Part shown: one piece after another, positions 57,260-64,000 of the stretch
Position numbering within the stretch: position 1 is the first letter of the stretch
How the letters are laid out: every line of letters starts with the position of its first letter
Notes under the pieces: generated by a model
Told to the model about the DNA's origin: nothing
What the model saw: only the letters and a program-made list of their open reading frames with translations
Database searches by the model: none
IMG/VR virus record: IMGVR_UViG_3300030117_003378
Location: 1-64,000 of that record
Length of the DNA: 64,000 nt
DNA from: a virus
Direction: 5' to 3' (one strand)
Translations under genes and position numbers: made by a program

Positions 57260-57930
57260 TGGGCGTGGTCATATTCACACGGGATGCCGAGAGGTATCGT
57301 GAGGGCAACTATGTCGAGGACCACAGGGGTCTTGCGACGCCACCAACTGCACCGGACACCACGTTCATCGTTCACGATAATAAGATGACCGAGAAGAAGG
57401 CGAGTGAGTGGGCAGACATTGTCCCGTTCCGTATGGTTATCGTGACCGAGAAGGCAGTCAATCTCAAGGGAGATGACGAGCGAGTGTTCGCTGACAACAG
57501 TGTAAGCAACCGTAAGCAAAACTACCGGCGCAACGTCGAGTCAATCTTCCGATGGACCGACCGCGACCGCGCACACTCTATCCTTGATGGCACCCCCCTC
57601 CCACTCATCGCGTCATTTGTCCGTGTCAATCGGCCCGACGACATCGCCACGGCACGTCGTTTGGCGCAGGTTCGGTATCAATTACCCGACCAATACGCTT
57701 ATAGCGTTCTCGCTTTTTCAATAGAACCGAGAGCGAGTAAGGTTGTTTGGCCTAAGAAGCATCCGTCTTCGACGGTGGGTTCTTCCATGCCCTTCATCCG
57801 TGCTTCGGATGCCTATATCGACAACCTGCTCGCTCTCACCCCCGCCTTGCGTAATGAAGTGAGACACACTTCTAAGGAATTACCGAAGGGGGTCAAAAAG
57901 ACACAGGAACGTGTAGGAGAATGGTTTTAA
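57259..57930 (+). CDS. hypothetical protein
   Basis: ORF after the promoter repeat at 57220. Confidence 0.6.
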   Translation: MGVVIFTRDAERYREGNYVEDHRGLATPPTAPDTTFIVHDNKMTEKKASEWADIVPFRMVIVTEKAVNLKGDDERVFADNSVSNRKQNYRRNVESIFRWTDRDRAHSILDGTPLPLIASFVRVNRPDDIATARRLAQVRYQLPDQYAYSVLAFSIEPRASKVVWPKKHPSSTVGSSMPFIRASDAYIDNLLALTPALRNEVRHTSKELPKGVKKTQERVGEWF

Positions 57931-58118
57931 CGACTTGTTTGTCATGGGCGTTTATCATAGGTATTTATTCCTTTATTTGGTGGCTTTTTGGATTTAAAAC
58001 GATGAACGATTACTGTTTGGATGTGGCGAGACGTAACAATTACGAAATGCACGGAGAACCTTACGAACCTTTGGAAGAACCGGAATTCGCAATGTGGTTA
58101 GATTTGGGTGAAATGTAA
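57921..58118 (+). CDS. small membrane protein
   Basis: N-terminal hydrophobic helix. Confidence 0.45.
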   Translation: MVLTTCLSWAFIIGIYSFIWWLFGFKTMNDYCLDVARRNNYEMHGEPYEPLEEPEFAMWLDLGEM

Positions 58119-58160
58119 TGTTCCGAAATGTTAAAGTAACTTCGACGCGCACATTTAACT

Positions 58161-58559
58161 ATGAGTGCGAACAACCGCCGCATCCGGCGAGTCATCGTCG
58201 ATATTCTGTGGGAACACGGGGCGATGACCAAGCAGGAGGTAGCCGAGCATTTACAGAATCACCGTGGGGTGAGGCAAGTACCGAGTCCCCAATCACTATC
58301 TGCTCTTCTATCCAAGAATCCACAAGTCATCTGCGTGGGAATCGCCAAGGTGGAAACTGCGGCGGGGATAACTGCACGTCACATGACCTTCGGAATCGAC
58401 AAGAATTTGATTCGGCGAGAGGGCGACTTAATGCTCACGCGACCGGTCAATGCAATGACACCCGCGCAACGCAAGGAAGCAGAAAAGTGCGGTGGGTGCG
58501 GTCGTATCAGATTGATGCCGAGCGAGGGGCAACCGTGCCTCCATTGTCGTCGACAGTAA
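58161..58559 (+). CDS. winged-helix protein with C-terminal Zn finger
   Basis: GAMTKQEVAEHL..VPSPQSLSALLSKN; CGGC...CLHC. Confidence 0.65.
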   Translation: MSANNRRIRRVIVDILWEHGAMTKQEVAEHLQNHRGVRQVPSPQSLSALLSKNPQVICVGIAKVETAAGITARHMTFGIDKNLIRREGDLMLTRPVNAMTPAQRKEAEKCGGCGRIRLMPSEGQPCLHCRRQ

Positions 58560-58602
58560 GGTTTATAGGGTCATCGCTTTCCCTTCATTTGGAGGAAGCA
58601 AT

Positions 58603-58830
58603 ATGAGTAACTTTGTGACACAGGAAGAGTTTGCGGTCGTGGGTAACGCCACGTTGGAATTATTAAACAGAATGAAGATGGCGGAAGCGCGTTTAGCGAA
58701 TATCGAAAACGCCATCATTGAGTTAGGTAATACATTGACTATTGTTGCCAACCACCTTTCGTTGGTGTCCGATGTAACGATTGATTCAGGTGCGGTCGAG
58801 GCCGCACGTCAACGGAGGGAGAATCAATGA
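58603..58830 (+). CDS. small coiled-coil protein
   Basis: Promoter repeat plus GGAGG SD. Confidence 0.55.
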   Translation: MSNFVTQEEFAVVGNATLELLNRMKMAEARLANIENAIIELGNTLTIVANHLSLVSDVTIDSGAVEAARQRRENQ

Positions 58831-59756
58831 GTGTGATTTGGTGGGAGAAGCACCGGCCAAAGTGCTTCGATGATTTGGTCGGGCAGGACCACATTATCAA
58901 GCACTTCCGAGTAAAGAGTGTTGCCGAGGCGGAGGGGCGAGATACCGCCAATCTACAACACATGATTTTCCACAGTCAAGGTGCAGGGACAGGCAAGACT
59001 TCCCTCGCATATATCCTCGCTGAAAAATACAGGCTTCACCTTCAGATATTCAATGCGTCCACGCGAGAGCAACGGGGCATCGGCTTCGTTCAGGATGAAG
59101 TCATCCCACTCGCACAGTCGCACCCCAACGTCTTGATTCTTCTTGATGAGGCAGACCAACTGACGCCGGACGCACAGTCCGCGCTCAAGGGCGTCATCGA
59201 GGGTAGCGTGGCTACGTTCATTCTGACCTGCAACAACCTCAATAAGATTAGCCCGTGGCTTCAGTCACGGTGTCAAACCCATGTGTTCAATCCTATTACA
59301 CGGGACACTATGATTCAACAATTGATGAACATTGCGGCGGCAGAAAATCTTACGCTAAACTCAAGGGCTGATTTCGGGGTCATAGCAAAGGCACATGAGG
59401 GCGACCTGCGTAGCGCCATCGGTGCATTGCAGACAGTGGCACTTCTTGAGGGCAAATCCCGAGAGCGATTCATCCGGTCGTTACAAGACCCCGAATTTGA
59501 CGCCAACAAATTCCTAAGACTCACATTCAAGGAGCGAGCATTCGACGAGGCTATGGCTATGACTAAGCCTCTCGACCCCCTCACTCTCATCAACGTCGTG
59601 TTCAAGCACGGCACTAATTCTCCCGCAAGTCCACAGGCAAAACTACGCCTGATTGACGCCGCAATCACGTCACGACGTGACCTGATTATGGGTGTCGAGG
59701 ATGTATTTGTACGGCACAACTTTGTTCGCCTTCTGTGCGAACCGGAGGATTTATAG
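58827..59756 (+). CDS. rfcS: replication factor C (clamp loader) small subunit
   Basis: W.EKHRP..FDDLVGQ, G.GKTS, NAS..RGI, LDEAD, Q.AL, LQSRC, GDLR.AI. Confidence 0.95.
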   Translation: MSVIWWEKHRPKCFDDLVGQDHIIKHFRVKSVAEAEGRDTANLQHMIFHSQGAGTGKTSLAYILAEKYRLHLQIFNASTREQRGIGFVQDEVIPLAQSHPNVLILLDEADQLTPDAQSALKGVIEGSVATFILTCNNLNKISPWLQSRCQTHVFNPITRDTMIQQLMNIAAAENLTLNSRADFGVIAKAHEGDLRSAIGALQTVALLEGKSRERFIRSLQDPEFDANKFLRLTFKERAFDEAMAMTKPLDPLTLINVVFKHGTNSPASPQAKLRLIDAAITSRRDLIMGVEDVFVRHNFVRLLCEPEDL

Positions 59757-59802
59757 CCAAACTGCTATGCGGAAAATGTGGGAGAAACCCGAAAAGGAGC
59801 GT

Positions 59803-61013
59803 ATGAAAATGAGTTACGAGCAAGTGATTGAGCGAGCGGCAAAGAATGTCGGCGTGGACGTGGGTGCATTGAGCAGTCGCGCAGACGCCGTTCTTGCGGA
59901 ACACCGTGAAGAGTGGTCTGCGGCAGGTCGTTCAGAAGAAGATAGCAAGATGATGGCCCTTCGTGTAGCAACACGATTGGTCAAGACAGAAACAGAGCGT
60001 GTGACAAAGTCAGGATGTGACCTCTACGAAGGTATGTTCTTGACCTGCCCGCGCTACAAGGATTGGTCAGAATTGGCGTACAACAAGATGGCGCGTACTC
60101 TCGCAAGTGGACCGGATAGCCTCATGGAGAGTTTAGTCCGAAGCGGCAAGATTGTCGCGTTCACAAAGGACGGCGATGGTTGGACAAAGCATTCCAACCC
60201 GAGCCTCGACGCAAAGGAAGCATTCGCGGAAGGTCACACGACCTCAAGCGTAAGCGACCTTCCTGACCGACACAAGTTTGTCGATGGTAGCACTACCAAG
60301 GCATTCTATCTTGTGTGGGACGCCGCAAGCCCAACGTGGCCGAGCGGTGACAACAATTTCAAGTATGGTGCGGCCCGCCCAATGAAGGAGTTACAACGTG
60401 ACTGCCTGTTCATGGGGCGCAAGCAGGGTAGTGGAGATGAGCCGTCCGTGTTCACGATTCGCTTTAGCGGACTTGAGGCACAGGCGCAACACATGACTTA
60501 CCAACCCGGCACTATCGGTATTCGCATGGGTAAGAATGGTAACATCGCCTATGCAAAGGCGGGTGTGACATCGTTCACCCCTAATTCCGATTTGGCATCC
60601 ATCTTCAGCGGCCCGCCCGTAGATATGACCGGCGACAAGGCTTCCGGCCTCGTCGTTGACAATGCTACTGCGTGGTTGGATTCGTTGGATGACATCGTGC
60701 CATTCACCGAAACTCTCACAGACCAAAACAAGTGGGATGCGTGGGTTGCGGCGGCGGTTGAAGTGATTCACATTGACCCCCGTGACCGTGGTGGTTACAT
60801 TGTCACAGTCGGTGACCTCGATTTGACTTCGATGGCATCGACCATTGACATCTATGTCCCTGCCGAGCATGAGTCTCTCGTTGACTTCGGTGTCGGTTCA
60901 ACCTTGATGGTTGCCGGTTCACCTTGGGTCAGCCGTGAAGGCGAAGGTAGGCTATCCGTAATCGGTTGGTGGTGTGTAGACGCCATCCAACCCGCAAGCG
61001 GCGGGTGGGACGA

Positions 61014-61017
<4 letters not shown>
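59803..61017 (+). CDS. probable ssDNA-binding (RPA-like OB-fold) protein
   Basis: Next to RFC; C-terminal beta pattern (V.V.D....I.IYVP....FG.GS...V.G); tentative. Confidence 0.4.
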
Positions 61018-62829
<1,812 letters not shown>

Positions 62830-62857
62830 TTTATATCCTAACTGCTATTGGTAAGGA

Positions 62858-63805
62858 ATGGTGAAAGAAATGTCATGGGCAAGTGCAAAGACAGAAGAGG
62901 CCGAACAGGCAACGACAAAATACGATGCGGATTTCTACCGCAATCTGTACGCGCAGGGGAAGACGGCACGGGGCGCATTGCGTCCGGTTCGTATGGCTCT
63001 TGTGGGTAAGGAAAACACAACGAAGACAGGTACGGCATTGGACCTTGCCCGCGCAGGTGGGAACAAGGGTACAATCCACATCTTCGACTTCGACAGTAGC
63101 GCGGAGAACACCGTGGACTATGTGTGTGACGGCGACGAAGATGTCATCGTTCACCGACTATTCGATGAGTTGGATGAGTCCATCTTCCACGAAGACAATA
63201 GTACCAATTGGGTCGCCTTGATTGACAAGGTGTCGTGGTTCGTTAGCATGGTTGCCGAGGATGTCAGGGAGACAGAAGTTGCGGCAATCATCTTTGACGG
63301 TGGTTCTACGTTTATGAAGTGGTGTGAGTTTGCTATGACAGACGCACTACTGCGCCGTGGTGTCATCAAGGAAGAGGGCGAAGGCTTCAACCAAAAGGAA
63401 TGGAGAGAGCGCAACAAACTTTTCAAGAATACGATTCAGCGTGTCAACGCACTCCCTGTATCTCGTATCTTCTTCACGTTCCACTTGAAGGATGTCAAGT
63501 CCTATGTGGACTTGGGCAATGGCTCAAAGGGCCTGATGAAGATTGGTGAGAAGGTCGATTGGGTAGATGGTACTCAGCGCCTCTTCTCGCAACAGATTTT
63601 CCTTGAGCGATATATGAAGGAAGAGGATGCGGCGGCAGGTGTGAAAGGTGACGATAGTCTCGGGCCTAATGATTGGGTTGTGAAAGGCACAATCGAGGAG
63701 ATGAAGGGTCGTTACACTGAGCATCTAGGTGAGACGCACGACGTAATCGAAGTCAGGGGCGGCAAGGTCAAGTGGAACGGGTTCCCGTTCCTTAAATGGG
63801 ACTGA
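62858..63805 (+). CDS. RecA/Sak4-like P-loop ATPase (recombinase candidate)
   Basis: G.ENT.KT Walker A variant, FDFD, IIFDG Walker B, F..H.K. Confidence 0.65.
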   Translation: MVKEMSWASAKTEEAEQATTKYDADFYRNLYAQGKTARGALRPVRMALVGKENTTKTGTALDLARAGGNKGTIHIFDFDSSAENTVDYVCDGDEDVIVHRLFDELDESIFHEDNSTNWVALIDKVSWFVSMVAEDVRETEVAAIIFDGGSTFMKWCEFAMTDALLRRGVIKEEGEGFNQKEWRERNKLFKNTIQRVNALPVSRIFFTFHLKDVKSYVDLGNGSKGLMKIGEKVDWVDGTQRLFSQQIFLERYMKEEDAAAGVKGDDSLGPNDWVVKGTIEEMKGRYTEHLGETHDVIEVRGGKVKWNGFPFLKWD

Positions 63806-63807
63806 GT

Positions 63808-63966
63808 ATGCCGATTAATCCTGTGGGCAGGAAGTGGCCTCCGTGGCCCAAATGCCCTAAATGTGATAATGGATATTTGTTATTGGTGGGTGAATACTTT
63901 GACTGTCATTCGTGTTGGTACAAGATTCCGTACAAGGAACACGGACACGGTGGCGGTCGATTTTAG
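63808..63966 (+). CDS. small Zn-ribbon protein (52 aa)
   Basis: Manual translation ...CPKC...CHSC. Confidence 0.45.
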   Translation: MPINPVGRKWPPWPKCPKCDNGYLLLVGEYFDCHSCWYKIPYKEHGHGGGRF

Positions 63967-64000
63967 GGGGTGTAGTCTAATTGGAAGGACATCTGCTTTG

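Larger units (their letters stand above)
41794..58573 (+). promoter_or_regulatory. dispersed repeated BRE-TATA promoter, consensus AAGGTTTATAGGGTAACAA (at least 16 copies)
   Basis: Copies start at 41794, 41846, 42301, 43432, 44603, 44655, 44976, 46577, 47099, 48816, 49793, 50775, 51485, 51811, 57220, 58558; most lie just upstream of ORF starts. Confidence 0.85.

Noticed and set aside
41794-58573. Repeats as a CRISPR array or integron attC sites
   Set aside because: Irregular spacing, degenerate and non-palindromic, TATA-centred and placed before SD/ATG; no integrase seen
58118-58606. 162-aa alternative-frame ORF
   Set aside because: The overlapping frame 58161-58559 has clear wHTH and Zn-finger patterns and is preferred

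Overview
About 64 kb of a tailed dsDNA virus genome (Caudoviricetes, HK97-type, siphovirus-like tail). An archaeal host is inferred, probably Marine Group II/Poseidoniales ('magrovirus'-like). Evidence: fused PriS-PriL primase, XPF/ERCC4 nuclease, RFC clamp loader, MCM-like ATPase, PAC2-like protein, TATA/BRE-type promoters, GGAGGTGA Shine-Dalgarno (SD) sites and GroES/GroEL. Layout: (1) 0.2-4.0 kb, + strand, end of replication/recombination block; (2) 3.9-33.3 kb, - strand, morphogenesis operon from phosphoesterase and terminase to tape measure and a 2417-aa tail-tip protein, with a clear -1 frameshift site in the tail chaperones; (3) 34-41.4 kb, + strand, unusual cassette of four ORFs separated by long base-paired non-coding segments, including a 1232-aa membrane-associated amidoligase/Ntn-amidotransferase fusion and a GNAT, bracketed by phased A/T tracts; (4) 42-53 kb, many small ORFs behind a repeated promoter unit (AAGGTTTATAGGGTAACAA); (5) 53-64 kb, candidate origin plus replication and chaperone genes. 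All calls come from motif recognition by eye; no searches or folding programs were run.
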